Assembly: GCA_963666275.2 (NCBI GenBank)
Contig: CAXXOA010000001.1
Span: 1,984,001 to 2,048,000 of the forward strand
Direction of reading: 5' to 3'
DNA: 64,000 nucleotides
DNA from: Oceanispirochaeta sp.
GTDB taxonomy: Bacteria; Spirochaetota; Spirochaetia; DSM-2461
The notes below the pieces were generated by a model that had not been told where the DNA came from, ran no database searches, and worked only from the letters and a program-made list of their open reading frames with translations. Both the position numbers and the translations under genes were made by a program. Position 1 is the stretch's first letter. Each line of letters starts with the position of its first letter. Positions 1-9,882 of the stretch are shown here, piece by piece.

Positions 1-423
1 ATCAATCTCGGAACTCCCCTGAATGAGCTGTATATAGCTGTTATGGGTAATCCAGAGATCCGGTTTATCCTCACGATAGAACATGGAATAGATGGCAAGA
101 AAGTGATCAGCCCGGCCTCCCCCTCCCCCAACAAGGATTTTTTTACGGCAACCTGTTTTTATGAGATGCTGAAGTGCCAGTTCCGTATCGGTATAGTCTT
201 TTTCTTCTGAATGCCTTTCAATTATCTCCGGATCCATGGTATCCAGACGGGATTTCTGTCTGAGGGAGTCCATATCTCCAATGATGTAATGGGGAACAAG
301 ACTGTTCTCAAAACAGTAGTCCAGCCCTGAATCAGCGGCGATCAGAAAATCAGAAAGGTGAAATATGTTTTTTATCTTCTCAAAATCCGGAGCCTTGCCG
401 CCGGTTACTGCTATACCTGTCAA
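1..423 (-). CDS. thiN: Thiamine pyrophosphokinase (partial, runs off the window start)
   Basis: Manual translation from TTG at 423 (AGGAG upstream): LTGIAVTGG...IAADSGLD...IGDMDSL...EKDYTDTELAL...GGRADHFLA, the typical TPK motifs. Not in the ORF track. Confidence 0.85.
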   Translation of the reverse strand, partial: MTGIAVTGGKAPDFEKIKNIFHLSDFLIAADSGLDYCFENSLVPHYIIGDMDSLRQKSRLDTMDPEIIERHSEEKDYTDTELALQHLIKTGCRKKILVGGGGGRADHFLAIYSMFYREDKPDLWITHNSYIQLIQGSSEID

Positions 424-460
424 TTTTTTATAACTCCTGAAAAAAACTATTATATTTTCC

Positions 461-487
461 TAAAGGATCGTATTCAAGTTCCGAAAA
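461..487 (+). promoter_or_regulatory. Putative sigma28 (FliA) promoter of flaB
   Basis: TAAA-N15-TCCGAAAA versus consensus TAAA-N15-GCCGATAA, directly upstream of flagellin. Confidence 0.65.
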
Positions 488-494
488 TTTAAAA

Positions 495-538
495 AGCGAA
501 TAAGGATGTTCGCTCGTGGATATATCAAGGAGGATATA
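495..538 (+). promoter_or_regulatory. Two GGA-loop hairpins in the flaB 5' UTR (putative CsrA sites)
   Basis: AGCGAATA-AGGA-TGTTCGCT (8-bp stem with one G:U) and TATATC-AAGGAG-GATATA (Shine-Dalgarno in the loop). Confidence 0.65.
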
Positions 539-542
539 GAGT

Positions 543-1403
543 ATGATAATTAATCACAACCTTAGTGCAATGAACACACAGCGTTCATTCAAAATCAATG
601 ACGGCAATTCTGCAAAGAATATAGCAGCCCTTTCTTCCGGCCTGAGAATAAACAAAGCCGGTGATGATGCATCCGGTCTGGCTGTCTCAGAAAAAATGCG
701 TTCCCAGATAAGAGGTCTCAATCAGGCATCACGCAATGCCTCAGACGGCATTTCCTTTATCCAGACAGCAGAAGGTTTCCTTCAGGAAACAACCGATGTA
801 CTGCAGAGACTGAGAGAGCTTGCGGTTCAGTCTTCCAATGGTATTTATACTTCAGAAGACCGTATGCAGATTCAGGTTGAGGTTTCTCAGCTTGTTGATG
901 AGCTCGACAGAGTTTCCTCACATGCCCAGTTCAACGGACTGAATATGCTGACCGGCCGATTTGCCGCCTATACCGGTGAAAACTCGGTTACCAGTTCCAT
1001 GTGGTTTCATATAGGGGCCAATATGGATCAGAGAGAGCAGGTTTATATCGGCACAATGACATCAACTGCCCTGGGAGTGAGACAGATCGCTACAGGCAAC
1101 ATAATGTCAATTTCGACCCCGGAACAGGCAAACCGCAATATCGGAGTCCTTGATCAGGCACTGAAGAGAGTCAATAAACAGAGAGCTGACCTGGGAGCCT
1201 ACCAGAACAGACTGGAAATGGCTGTTAGAGGTATTGATGTAGGTGCCGAGAACCTTCAGGCATCTGAATCAAGAATCAGAGATCTGGACATGGCCAAAGA
1301 AACTGTGGATTTCACCAAAAACCAGATCCTCAGCCAGGCAAGCAACGCCATGCTCGCTCAGGCCAACCAGAGACCCCAGCAGGTACTTCAGTTACTGCAG
1401 TAA
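543..1403 (+). CDS. flaB: Flagellar filament core protein FlaB (flagellin)
   Basis: MIINHNLSA...[30 protein letters not shown]-terminal [14 protein letters not shown]; 286 aa, spirochete FlaB size. Confidence 0.97.
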   Translation: MIINHNLSAMNTQRSFKINDGNSAKNIAALSSGLRINKAGDDASGLAVSEKMRSQIRGLNQASRNASDGISFIQTAEGFLQETTDVLQRLRELAVQSSNGIYTSEDRMQIQVEVSQLVDELDRVSSHAQFNGLNMLTGRFAAYTGENSVTSSMWFHIGANMDQREQVYIGTMTSTALGVRQIATGNIMSISTPEQANRNIGVLDQALKRVNKQRADLGAYQNRLEMAVRGIDVGAENLQASESRIRDLDMAKETVDFTKNQILSQASNAMLAQANQRPQQVLQLLQ

Positions 1404-1430
1404 TCCCCTGTTTTTATCCCTTACAAACAG

Positions 1431-1456
1431 AACCCGGCGATCAGCCGGGTTTTTTT
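1431..1456 (+). terminator. Rho-independent terminator of flaB
   Basis: AACCCGGC-GATCA-GCCGGGTT followed by a T run. Confidence 0.85.
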
Positions 1457-1461
1457 CGTTA

Positions 1462-1490
1462 TTGACAACAAAAGAAAGGAAAGGTAAGTT
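1462..1490 (+). promoter_or_regulatory. sigma70-type promoter of cca (probably leaderless)
   Basis: TTGACA-N17-TAAGTT, 8 nt before ATG 1499. Confidence 0.55.
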
Positions 1491-1498
1491 CCTTTTAG

Positions 1499-2848
1499 AT
1501 GAAAATTAAAGTACCCCAGGACCTTATTACCATATCCAGAATACTCAAAGATGCGGGACACAGCTGCTTCCTTGTAGGTGGAGCTGTCAGAGATCAGCTC
1601 CTCGGTCTTGAAGCGAAAGACTATGATCTGTGTTCGGATGCCAAACCTGAACAGGTTATGGAGTTGTTCAATAAAGTCATCCCTACCGGTATAAAACACG
1701 GAACAGTTACCATCATTTTTAAAAGAATACCCTACGAAATCACCACATTCCGCGTGGATGGTGAATATACTGACGGTAGAAGACCTGATGAAATAACCTA
1801 CACTTCTGATCTGCATATGGATCTGAAACGAAGAGATTTTACAATCAATGCCATTGCCTATGATATTCTGGAAAAGAAAATTATAGACCCCAATGGGGGT
1901 ATTGAAGACCTTAAAAGGAAACAGATACGGGCAATTGGCGTTCCGGAAGAAAGATTCAATGAAGACGGTCTTCGTTCAATACGAGCCTGCCGCTTTGCAT
2001 CGCAGCTCCATTTTACCATTGAAGATGAAACTTTAAGGGGCATCAACAATCAGCTTCATAAGATTCCGGATCTTTCCAAAGAAAGGATCTATGATGAGCT
2101 TATAAAGATATTTAAAAGTGAAAAACCATCCATCTCTTTTGAGCTGTTCAGAAAAACCGGTATTCTGCCCATTATCCTGCCTGAACTTTCCCGCTGCATA
2201 GGCATTCAGCAAAAAGGAAGCCATGATTTCGATGTATACAATCATCTTATATACAGCTGTGATGCGGCGCCCCGGGATAATGAGAATGTAAGGATTGCCG
2301 CCATGTTCCATGACCTGGGAAAACCAGAGTCCCTGGGGGAAGATGAAGAGGGTCTCCCCACTTTCTACAATCATGAATATATGTCAGAGAGAATTGCTTC
2401 AGAAATCATGCTCAGGTATAGATTTCCCAAAGAGAAGATGAAAAAGATACTGCATCTCATCAGAAACCATATGTTCCATTATACCGATGAGTGGTCAGAT
2501 GCTGCGGTCAGACGTTTTATCAGGAGAATCGGCATTGAAAATCTGGAAGAACAGTACCTGCTGAGATATGCCGATATCAGCGGTATGTCACATACTGATG
2601 GGGATTTTAGAAATATTCAGAGTCTGAAAGAGCGGGTACTTAAGATTTTGGAGGAAGAAAACGCTTTTTCCATAAAAGATCTTGAAATAGACGGTAAAGA
2701 TCTGATGAACAGCCTGAAGATCTCCGGCGGCCCTATCATTGGGGACATACTGGAATACCTTCTGGAATCTGTTCTTGATGATCCGGGTATGAACAACAAA
2801 GAGAATCTTCAGATTCTCGCAGAAAAATACTATCAGAAGATTCACTGA
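1499..2848 (+). CDS. cca: CCA-adding tRNA nucleotidyltransferase / poly(A) polymerase family, with HD domain
   Basis: GGAVRD, DYDL and RRDFTINA motifs; FHDLGK HD motif. Confidence 0.88.
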   Translation: MKIKVPQDLITISRILKDAGHSCFLVGGAVRDQLLGLEAKDYDLCSDAKPEQVMELFNKVIPTGIKHGTVTIIFKRIPYEITTFRVDGEYTDGRRPDEITYTSDLHMDLKRRDFTINAIAYDILEKKIIDPNGGIEDLKRKQIRAIGVPEERFNEDGLRSIRACRFASQLHFTIEDETLRGINNQLHKIPDLSKERIYDELIKIFKSEKPSISFELFRKTGILPIILPELSRCIGIQQKGSHDFDVYNHLIYSCDAAPRDNENVRIAAMFHDLGKPESLGEDEEGLPTFYNHEYMSERIASEIMLRYRFPKEKMKKILHLIRNHMFHYTDEWSDAAVRRFIRRIGIENLEEQYLLRYADISGMSHTDGDFRNIQSLKERVLKILEEENAFSIKDLEIDGKDLMNSLKISGGPIIGDILEYLLESVLDDPGMNNKENLQILAEKYYQKIH

Positions 2849-3606
2849 TCCGCTGATTTTTTTTCTGCCAGCCTTCTATAGGCTGATTCTGCGGCACTTC
2901 TCTCGGCTTCTTTTTTATTTTTTCCCTTGCCGGGACCATAGATTCCGCCGTCGACCTCTACCTCTACCCAGAACGTTCTGTTATGGTCTGGTCCGATTTT
3001 TTTAACAACTGAATATTTAGGATAGGATTTATACTGTTTCTGGGAAAATTCCTGAAGCAGAGATTTATAATCCCGCTTGTGACGGTTTTCAAGTACTTTT
3101 TCAATTTGAGGAATAAGTAAATCGAGAATAAACCGGGTTGTTTCCTTGAAACCGGCATCAAGAAAATAGGCACCGAAAATTGCTTCCATTGCATCTGCCA
3201 GAATAGCTTTTTTTGTTCGCCCCCCGGAGTTCTCCTCACCCTTCCCTATCAGAAGGTACTGATTGACCCCCAACTCCAGAGCAATCTCAGCAAGACTCTC
3301 TTCGCTAACTACAAAAGATTTTATCCTGGCAAGATCGCCTTCGGCTTTTTGAGGAAGTAGATTGAAAAGGTATTCAGCAGTTACAAGCCCCAGAACAGAA
3401 TCCCCCAGGAATTCAAGTTTCTCATTGTTCTCTTCAACACCCTGAACTTCATTCGTGTAGGACCTGTGACAAAAAGCAAGGTTCAAGAGATCATATCTCC
3501 TGAACCTTATGGACGCTTTTTTTTCAAAAGCAGCTAACTCTTTTTTCCTTTCACCATCTAAAGGTATGGTTTTAATTTCCTGGGAAATATTAGAAAAAAG
3601 TCTCAC
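2842..3606 (-). CDS. rnc: Ribonuclease III
   Basis: NEKLEFLGDSVLG signature plus C-terminal dsRBD. Confidence 0.96.
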   Translation of the reverse strand: MRLFSNISQEIKTIPLDGERKKELAAFEKKASIRFRRYDLLNLAFCHRSYTNEVQGVEENNEKLEFLGDSVLGLVTAEYLFNLLPQKAEGDLARIKSFVVSEESLAEIALELGVNQYLLIGKGEENSGGRTKKAILADAMEAIFGAYFLDAGFKETTRFILDLLIPQIEKVLENRHKRDYKSLLQEFSQKQYKSYPKYSVVKKIGPDHNRTFWVEVEVDGGIYGPGKGKNKKEAERSAAESAYRRLAEKKSADQ

Positions 3607-3623
3607 TTATGTTTACTTGATTA

Positions 3624-3860
3624 TCAGCCAAGTTCCGCTTTGATAAAATCCAAAGCATCAGAAACTTTTTCGAACTCTGTAGCTTTTTCATCGGGTACGG
3701 ATACACCGAGCTCAGAATCAATTGCGTAAAGCAGTTCGTATGTATCGAGGCTGTCAGCTCCCAGATCTTCTCTGAAACGAGCATCCGGAGTGATTTTATC
3801 CTCTTCTACTTCCAGCTTTTCAGCAATGAGTTTTTTCAGTTTTTCAAACATTTCATCCAT
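3624..3860 (-). CDS. acpP: Acyl carrier protein
   Basis: DLGADSLD phosphopantetheine site, 78 aa, acidic. Confidence 0.95.
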   Translation of the reverse strand: MDEMFEKLKKLIAEKLEVEEDKITPDARFREDLGADSLDTYELLYAIDSELGVSVPDEKATEFEKVSDALDFIKAELG

Positions 3861-3876
3861 AATAGACTCCTTCTAT

Positions 3877-4065
3877 TTAAGCCATGTCTTCCGGCTCAAT
3901 AATCTGATTCCCTTTGTAGAAACCGCATTTAGGACAAACTCTGTGACGCAGAATTTTATTTCCGCAATTACTGCAAGATATCAGATTGGGAGTGGTCATA
4001 CTCATATTGATAGACCTGCGTCTCCTGGATCTTGCTTTCGAAGTTTTATATTTAGGTACTGCCAT
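3877..4065 (-). CDS. rpmF: 50S ribosomal protein L32
   Basis: MAVPKYKTSKAR...CSNCG...HRVCPKCGFY. Confidence 0.96.
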   Translation of the reverse strand: MAVPKYKTSKARSRRRRSINMSMTTPNLISCSNCGNKILRHRVCPKCGFYKGNQIIEPEDMA

Positions 4066-4099
4066 TCATAATCCTCGCTTAGCTGTTATTGACTGTGAG

Positions 4100-4128
4100 A
4101 ATATAGTATTTCTCTTTTTTTTTGTCAA
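4100..4128 (-). promoter_or_regulatory. sigma70 promoter of rpmF-acpP-rnc
   Basis: TTGACA-N17-TATATT on the minus strand. Confidence 0.7.
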
Positions 4129-4171
4129 GGTACTTCTTTTTGTTAAAATAAATAAGCTCGCAAACTTATCT

Positions 4172-4654
4172 TTAATTCGGTGCAATTTTTTCCTTCAGCA
4201 GAGTTTCCACATTCTCGGGAACCATGGCACTGACATCAGCACCGAGCTGCACAAGCTCCTTGATAGAAGAAGAACGCAGAACAAAATACTTCTGAGCCGT
4301 GGGAAGAAATACGGTTTCAATGTGCGGAGCGAGCTGCTTATTCATCATAGACAACTCAAATTCATAGCCGAAGTCCGCAATAGCCCGGACTCCCCTGAGA
4401 ATGACACTGATTGAATTCTCAGTTGCATAATCGACAATGAGTTTGTCCCAGAGGGTAACTTTTACATTTTCAATCCCCCGGGTCATCTCTTTCATAAGAT
4501 TAAATCTTTCGTCAGGCTCAAGGAGATACTTTTTCTGGTAATTATATGAAATAACCACATCCAGAGAATCGAATAACTCTGATCCTCTTTTTATGAGATC
4601 CAGATGACCGTTTGTCGGAGGATCAAAAGAACCGGGGAATACTGCTTTTACCAT
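4172..4654 (-). CDS. coaD: Phosphopantetheine adenylyltransferase
   Basis: FPGSFDPPTNGHLD, RGVRAIADFGYE, SSSIKE. Confidence 0.95.
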   Translation of the reverse strand: MVKAVFPGSFDPPTNGHLDLIKRGSELFDSLDVVISYNYQKKYLLEPDERFNLMKEMTRGIENVKVTLWDKLIVDYATENSISVILRGVRAIADFGYEFELSMMNKQLAPHIETVFLPTAQKYFVLRSSSIKELVQLGADVSAMVPENVETLLKEKIAPN

Positions 4655-4739
4655 AATGAATACCTATAATAAATGGATTATCTGACTTAGTAAATACATA
4701 CTGGAATCTTCAAAAAGGTGCAACATTTTTTTTTTTATT

Positions 4740-4768
4740 TTGACAATATCCTTTGAAATAGATAGACT
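4740..4768 (+). promoter_or_regulatory. sigma70 promoter, leaderless geometry
   Basis: TTGACA-N17-TAGACT, 7 nt before ATG 4776. Confidence 0.65.
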
Positions 4769-4775
4769 ATTTTTT

Positions 4776-5366
4776 ATGAATAAAAAGCTTATACATTTAC
4801 AGGTAATTCTAGCATTTACCGCTATGATTTTTCTATCATGTCAATCAGCCGAACCTGTTACTGAAGAACCTGTAAAGCCCGAACAGCCTGCCGAGACGGT
4901 TTCCGAAGAACCGGTTCAGCAGGAAGAGGTTCTTGCAGAAGAACCGGAACCGGAAGTTGTTGTGAACAATGAAACAGGATTTGAGATTTCCAAAGAAGAG
5001 TACGAGAAAACCCGGGATGAAATCAGCGAACTGATAAATACCTTAAATAGTATAATTTCAGGCAGAAATTACGAAAAATGGAAACTATTTTTATCTGATA
5101 GCTATATCAAAACTTATAATGATCCTGTAAAATTAAGACAGATATCGGAACAATCCCAGATCCTGTCAGAAAATAATATTGTACTGACAAATCTACAGGA
5201 CTATTTTGAATGGGTAGTTGTTCCCAGTCGCTCCAGTGCGCGGGTGGATGATATTGTGTTTTCGGATGACACGCATTTAATTGTTTATATGAAAATAAAA
5301 GAAAAAAATACAATTCTATACCAGCTTGAATCAATAGAAGATAAGTGGCAGATCAGCGTTTGGTAA
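4776..5366 (+). CDS. Hypothetical lipoprotein
   Basis: Start moved to ATG 4776 (MNKKL...IFLSC lipobox); Glu/Pro-rich linker. Confidence 0.7.
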   Translation: MNKKLIHLQVILAFTAMIFLSCQSAEPVTEEPVKPEQPAETVSEEPVQQEEVLAEEPEPEVVVNNETGFEISKEEYEKTRDEISELINTLNSIISGRNYEKWKLFLSDSYIKTYNDPVKLRQISEQSQILSENNIVLTNLQDYFEWVVVPSRSSARVDDIVFSDDTHLIVYMKIKEKNTILYQLESIEDKWQISVW

Positions 5367-5407
5367 TCAAATGCGTTATATTATATATTGTGACTAGGAG
5401 AAAAAGG

Positions 5408-6109
5408 ATGAAAAGATTTCAATACACTTTAATAATTTTATGGGTTCTGCTATTTACTGCATCCTTGACTGCACAGGAGCAGGAACAGACTATTGAAGAA
5501 TTGTATCTGCAAAGTCAGGTTAAAGTAAAAATTATAAAGGCTGAAGCGGAATCTATTGATAGAGATATGAAACTGATCGCTCTTCAGGATATTGAAGAAA
5601 TGGTTTCAGATGGTCAGATCAGCGGGGATGACAGGCAGATGATTGGCATTCTCAGCAGCCTTGGCACTGAAGGTATTTCCAATCAGGTTATCGAGCAGGG
5701 AGCTGTTATAAATGACTTCCCCATGGTAAGAAAAGAAGCCGTCAGGATTCTGGGTGATGTCGGAGGAGATTACGCCAGGGATGCGCTTGTGACTGTACTG
5801 CTTTCAGAACCGGAACCAATGGTTCTATCCGAAGCTGTAGTGGCTCTTTCAAAAGTGGGAGCCGATGAACAGGGTATAGTTCTGGCAGTTATTTCAGATG
5901 CCATGCGGTCACAGACGGCTTTGAACAAGGACAATAACTTCGCCAATGCGTTTATTCTGGCCATTGACAATCTGGCTCAGAATAACAACGGAGTTGATGA
6001 TCTGAGGGTTTTTGAGGAACTCACAAAGATAGCAGATCCCCGGAGCGGATACATTACAGTGGTTCGCAAGAAAGCTTTTGAGCTTCTTAAATCACTTCAG
6101 GAGTTCTAA
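5408..6109 (+). CDS. Exported HEAT-repeat protein
   Basis: Signal peptide from ATG 5408; VRKEAVRILGDVG and VLSEAVVALSKVG HEAT-like repeats. Confidence 0.7.
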   Translation: MKRFQYTLIILWVLLFTASLTAQEQEQTIEELYLQSQVKVKIIKAEAESIDRDMKLIALQDIEEMVSDGQISGDDRQMIGILSSLGTEGISNQVIEQGAVINDFPMVRKEAVRILGDVGGDYARDALVTVLLSEPEPMVLSEAVVALSKVGADEQGIVLAVISDAMRSQTALNKDNNFANAFILAIDNLAQNNNGVDDLRVFEELTKIADPRSGYITVVRKKAFELLKSLQEF

Positions 6110-6154
6110 TTCCAATAATCACTAAACATGTAGTTTTATGTTTATATGAGATAG

Positions 6155-6184
6155 AAAAACCCGCCGGATCGGCGGGTTTTTTTT
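6155..6184. terminator. Bidirectional terminator
   Basis: AAAAACCCGCCG-GAT-CGGCGGGTTTTT between convergent genes. Confidence 0.85.
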
Positions 6185-6590
6185 AAAGGATTTCTTTTCT
6201 CAACTGAGATCGCCAGTCAGGCTTTTCTTCCCTTGACTCTTCATATTCGATCTCTCTCAGAATCTTGAAATTTTTGTTCTGGTTATTATCATAATGAATA
6301 ACACCGAATTTCCCGTTTCCGAGATAGGCGATTTTTTCATTTTCCTGCAGTGTTTCATCTTTTGCAATATTTTTGATAATGCAATCGAAATGTGCGGGCT
6401 CTCCACTTTTCTGTTCTGTTATAGCGGAACTTAAATCCCTAATATTCTTTCCGCAGACAGAACAGACATACGCAGGTCCTGCATAGGAAGTAATACTTTT
6501 ATTATTATTGTTCTTTTTTCCTCTGTAACGGTTTCTATTGTTTCGTTTAGGAGGTTTACTGCTGGAATTTGACGCCACTTTTGTCCTCAT
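6183..6590 (-). CDS. Hypothetical protein with basic N-terminus and CxxC...HxxC putative zinc finger
   Basis: CSVC...HFDC; Arg/Asn-rich N-terminus. Confidence 0.65.
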   Translation of the reverse strand: MRTKVASNSSSKPPKRNNRNRYRGKKNNNNKSITSYAGPAYVCSVCGKNIRDLSSAITEQKSGEPAHFDCIIKNIAKDETLQENEKIAYLGNGKFGVIHYDNNQNKNFKILREIEYEESREEKPDWRSQLRKEIL

Positions 6591-6723
6591 TCATATTTAC
6601 GATCTCTTCAGTTAAAGTTGCAGCAATTCTTTTGATGGCGCTTTCCATATATAACTTGTCATCAATTTTATGCTTTAACTCATGAAGTTTTTTCGGATCT
6701 GTATTTTTTGCGATACGTACCAT
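6556..6723 (-). CDS. Small protein (55 aa) resembling the FlgM C-terminal region
   Basis: Manual translation MVRIAKNTDPKKLHELKHKIDDKLYMESAIKRIAATLTEEIVNMNEDKSGVKFQQ; AAGGAG SD upstream; below the ORF-track length cutoff. Confidence 0.6.
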   Translation of the reverse strand: MVRIAKNTDPKKLHELKHKIDDKLYMESAIKRIAATLTEEIVNMNEDKSGVKFQQ

Positions 6724-7041
6724 TCGGAGCTCCTTCTCCCTTGATGAGTATTATCTATGTGTTTTAAAGTCTAAACCTTTATCCTCCATGACAAAAGTGT
6801 AAACCTTTCAGCCAATATTACCTTTAATATTAATTTTATTCTACATTGCCGGTGCAGAACTGGGAAATATTCAAGTAATTCAGGACAGGGAAACGACTAT
6901 TGGTTTCCGATCCTTTTGCTGGAATAGATAACATCTCTGATTTTTAAAATATTTTTTTATCCCTTACAGATATAATATCGTCCTGAAATCTGAAGATCAT
7001 AAAAGATCTTTCCATTTTTTTGTTTAAAACGCAGTGATATT

Positions 7042-8175
7042 TTAATCTTTATCCACAAGAAGGGAATTAAGATCAACCGCTTTCACAATGAAAAGATCTT
7101 TCATCTCCAGAAGGTTCAGAACCGGTCCCATATCACCGGGATACTCCTTTCCAGTTGCATCGATCAAAGTGATCACATTGGGCCTGAGAGGGGCTTCAGG
7201 GTTACCTTTGATCACTCTGGCTATAGATGAGTCATTCAGCATGACAATGCTTCCCAGAGGATAGATTCCCATGCTCTTGATGAAATTTCTGAGTATTTCA
7301 GGATCAAACCTTCTTGAATTATCGCTTATGATATTCTTCATGGCCTCATATCCAATCATGGAGTTACGATAGGGACGTTCACTTACCATAGCTTCAAAAG
7401 CATCTGCTATAGAGACGATCCTGGCTTCAAGGAGTATATCATCGTGACTTTTCCCCTGGGGATAACCTTCCCCGTCCCATCTTTCATGATGCTCAAGAGC
7501 GATCCTGGCAATACTGTCATCATATTTCAGTTCCTTGGAAATAATCTGATAGGAATATACGGGATGACTTCTGAGTTTTTTCAGTTCATCTGCTGTGAGG
7601 TTGGATGTCTTTTCCTTGATTTCATCAGGGACTCTCATCATACCGATATCATGCAGGAGAGCCCCGTTACAGAGCTCCAGGAGCTTCAGTCGGGGACGCT
7701 CCATGGCAAAGCCTATAGTCAATGAAAGTATGGCCGTATTGAGGGCACTTTTAGCCTGTGCTTTATGAAGGCTGTTATGAGTGAGAACCATCCGGACTGA
7801 TTGAATAAATTTGTTCTCTACTGTGTCTATGAGCTTATCTGAAATCTGATCGATATCACCGGGATCTATCTCTTCCATGAGATTGATCCTGCTGAATATG
7901 CTATCCAGTTTATCCAATGTTTCATTGTAAATCTGAGTCAGTTCCTTGTCTGAGGGGATCCCCCATAGAAGTTTACTGTTTAAAAGATCCTCGTTTTCAG
8001 TTTCAGTAAACTGCCCTTCTGAAAGAACAAGATCCACCCCCCATTTATCAAGGCGGGTTAGATCCTTTTCCCGGATCGGGACACCCGCCGGTATGAAAAG
8101 AGTATCTTCATCGATAAATACGGGTTTATTGCAGCTCAGGCCCGGTTTAAGATCATTTACTTTATATTCATTCAT
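7042..8175 (-). CDS. HD-GYP domain c-di-GMP phosphodiesterase
   Basis: LHDIG, HHERWDGEGYP, ADAFEAM...RPYR. Confidence 0.9.
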   Translation of the reverse strand: MNEYKVNDLKPGLSCNKPVFIDEDTLFIPAGVPIREKDLTRLDKWGVDLVLSEGQFTETENEDLLNSKLLWGIPSDKELTQIYNETLDKLDSIFSRINLMEEIDPGDIDQISDKLIDTVENKFIQSVRMVLTHNSLHKAQAKSALNTAILSLTIGFAMERPRLKLLELCNGALLHDIGMMRVPDEIKEKTSNLTADELKKLRSHPVYSYQIISKELKYDDSIARIALEHHERWDGEGYPQGKSHDDILLEARIVSIADAFEAMVSERPYRNSMIGYEAMKNIISDNSRRFDPEILRNFIKSMGIYPLGSIVMLNDSSIARVIKGNPEAPLRPNVITLIDATGKEYPGDMGPVLNLLEMKDLFIVKAVDLNSLLVDKD

Positions 8176-8265
8176 TTTAGAAAACCTTTCACTTATTTAC
8201 ATTGGAATGTGTCGTAATATTTACAATATATCATAAAAGGGCTTCAAAATTCCTACTTTTTTCAT

Positions 8266-8294
8266 AAAAAAAAAGGCTTCCCGAAGGAAGCCTT
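8266..8294 (-). terminator. Terminator of the rplS operon
   Basis: AAGGCTTCC-TTCG-GGAAGCCTT-like stem plus T tract on the minus strand. Confidence 0.85.
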
Positions 8295-8297
8295 AAA

Positions 8298-8663
8298 TTA
8301 AGCATTAGCTTTTTGTTTTTTCTTGATCAGCTCTTTGACCTTGGCAGCTTTACCAACTCTGTCACGAATGTAGTAAAGTTTAGCTCTTCTGACTTTTCCA
8401 TGTCTGGAAACTTCAATCTTGTCAATTTTTGGTGAGTGAATGGGGAAAATCCTCTCAACACCTACACCGTAGGATATTTTTCTAACGGTAACAGTTCTGT
8501 TAACCCCGGTATTATTCAGAGCGATTACAAGCCCTTCATACACCTGGATTCTTTCTGTTTTACCTTCAACAATCTTGTAGTGAACTTTTATTGTATCACC
8601 GATTCTGAAGTTTTCTGCATTATCCTTCAGCTGTTCAGCTTCAACAGCACGTATGATATCCAT
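8298..8663 (-). CDS. rplS: 50S ribosomal protein L19
   Basis: [18 protein letters not shown]. Confidence 0.97.
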   Translation of the reverse strand: MDIIRAVEAEQLKDNAENFRIGDTIKVHYKIVEGKTERIQVYEGLVIALNNTGVNRTVTVRKISYGVGVERIFPIHSPKIDKIEVSRHGKVRRAKLYYIRDRVGKAAKVKELIKKKQKANA

Positions 8664-8695
8664 ATCATCCTCCTGTCAATTTATCATTCAGTCAT

Positions 8696-9382
8696 CTACT
8701 GATCATTACCGCTTCTGCGGTCCAGTAGATCTGGTCGATTCTTTTTAGTTTTTTCCAAACGTTTTTCCAGACGCCATTGCTCAATTCTGGCATGATGACC
8801 GGAAAGTAAAATATCCGGAACCCGCATCCCGCGGAATTCTTCCGGACGGGTGTAATGGGGATACTCCAGCAGAGAATCCTGAAAACTTTCCTCTTCAAGG
8901 GACTCTCTGGTAATAACCCCGTCACATAAACGATAGATACTGTCAATAACGACAAGGGAAGCAATTTCACCAGATGACAGAACATAATCCCCTATACAGA
9001 CTTCATCGTCCACATACTGGTCTATGATCCTCTGATCTATTCCTTCATATCTACCGCATATAAGAACAATCTCTTTTTCCTGAGCCAGTTCTTCAGCCAG
9101 TTCCTGTTTGTAGGATACACCTGACGGAGTGGGAAACACTGTCCTTTTTGACAGGGCCTTAACGGAATCCAGAGCCTCAGCCAGAGGTTCTGCCTTCAAT
9201 ACCATCCCGGCTCCGCCTCCGTAGGGGGCATCATCACAGGTTCTGTGCCGATCAAGGGCAAAATCCCTTATATTGACCAGCTCATATTCAATTATTCCCT
9301 TCTCTACCGCTTTTTCCATTATTGAACTTTTAAAAAAACTTTCCACAATCTCAGGAAACAATGTCAACACTGTAAACTTCAA
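8696..9382 (-). CDS. trmD: tRNA (guanine37-N1)-methyltransferase
   Basis: DDAPYGGGAGM, CGRYEGID, IGDYVLSSGE. Confidence 0.97.
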   Translation of the reverse strand: MKFTVLTLFPEIVESFFKSSIMEKAVEKGIIEYELVNIRDFALDRHRTCDDAPYGGGAGMVLKAEPLAEALDSVKALSKRTVFPTPSGVSYKQELAEELAQEKEIVLICGRYEGIDQRIIDQYVDDEVCIGDYVLSSGEIASLVVIDSIYRLCDGVITRESLEEESFQDSLLEYPHYTRPEEFRGMRVPDILLSGHHARIEQWRLEKRLEKTKKNRPDLLDRRSGNDQ

Positions 9383-9882
9383 TCCAGTATCCAGCCTTCT
9401 AACAGTTCAATCTCTTTCTCAGTCACACTAATGGAGCCGATGAACACATCATTGAAAGGAACAAGCTTTCTGGATGAATCTTCCATCTCAACTTCGAAAA
9501 GTTCACCATTCCCTCCCTCAATAATTGAGAGAACCGTGCCGACTTTACTGCTGTTCAGAACAAGATTGCATCCAATTAGATCCGCATGATAAAACTCATT
9601 GTCCTCAAGCGGAGCCGCCAATTCGCGGGGAACCCATATTTCCCAGTTGGAATAAAGTTTTCCCTGTTCAGGCGTATCAATTCCCTTCAGCTTCATAAGT
9701 AACTGATCACCGTTTGGTTTTACGGTTTCAACTTCGAAATTCCGGGAAGAACCCTCTTTAACCAGAGTTATTTTCTCCAGTTTGAAAAAGTGATCCACTT
9801 CTCCCGAAAAACTTCTGACCTTTAAATAGCCCCGGACACCATGAGTCGTCCGCACAGCTCCAATTGCTATTTGGTCATTCAT
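9379..9882 (-). CDS. rimM: Ribosome maturation factor RimM
   Basis: HGVRGYLKV, EFYHADLIG; rpsP-rimM-trmD-rplS synteny. Confidence 0.93.
   Translation of the reverse strand: MNDQIAIGAVRTTHGVRGYLKVRSFSGEVDHFFKLEKITLVKEGSSRNFEVETVKPNGDQLLMKLKGIDTPEQGKLYSNWEIWVPRELAAPLEDNEFYHADLIGCNLVLNSSKVGTVLSIIEGGNGELFEVEMEDSSRKLVPFNDVFIGSISVTEKEIELLEGWILD

Noticed and set aside
6960..7005. sigma28 promoter for the FlgM-like ORF (GACGATAT on minus)
   Set aside because: The -35 position reads TATG rather than TAAA and the site is about 250 nt from the start; too weak to call
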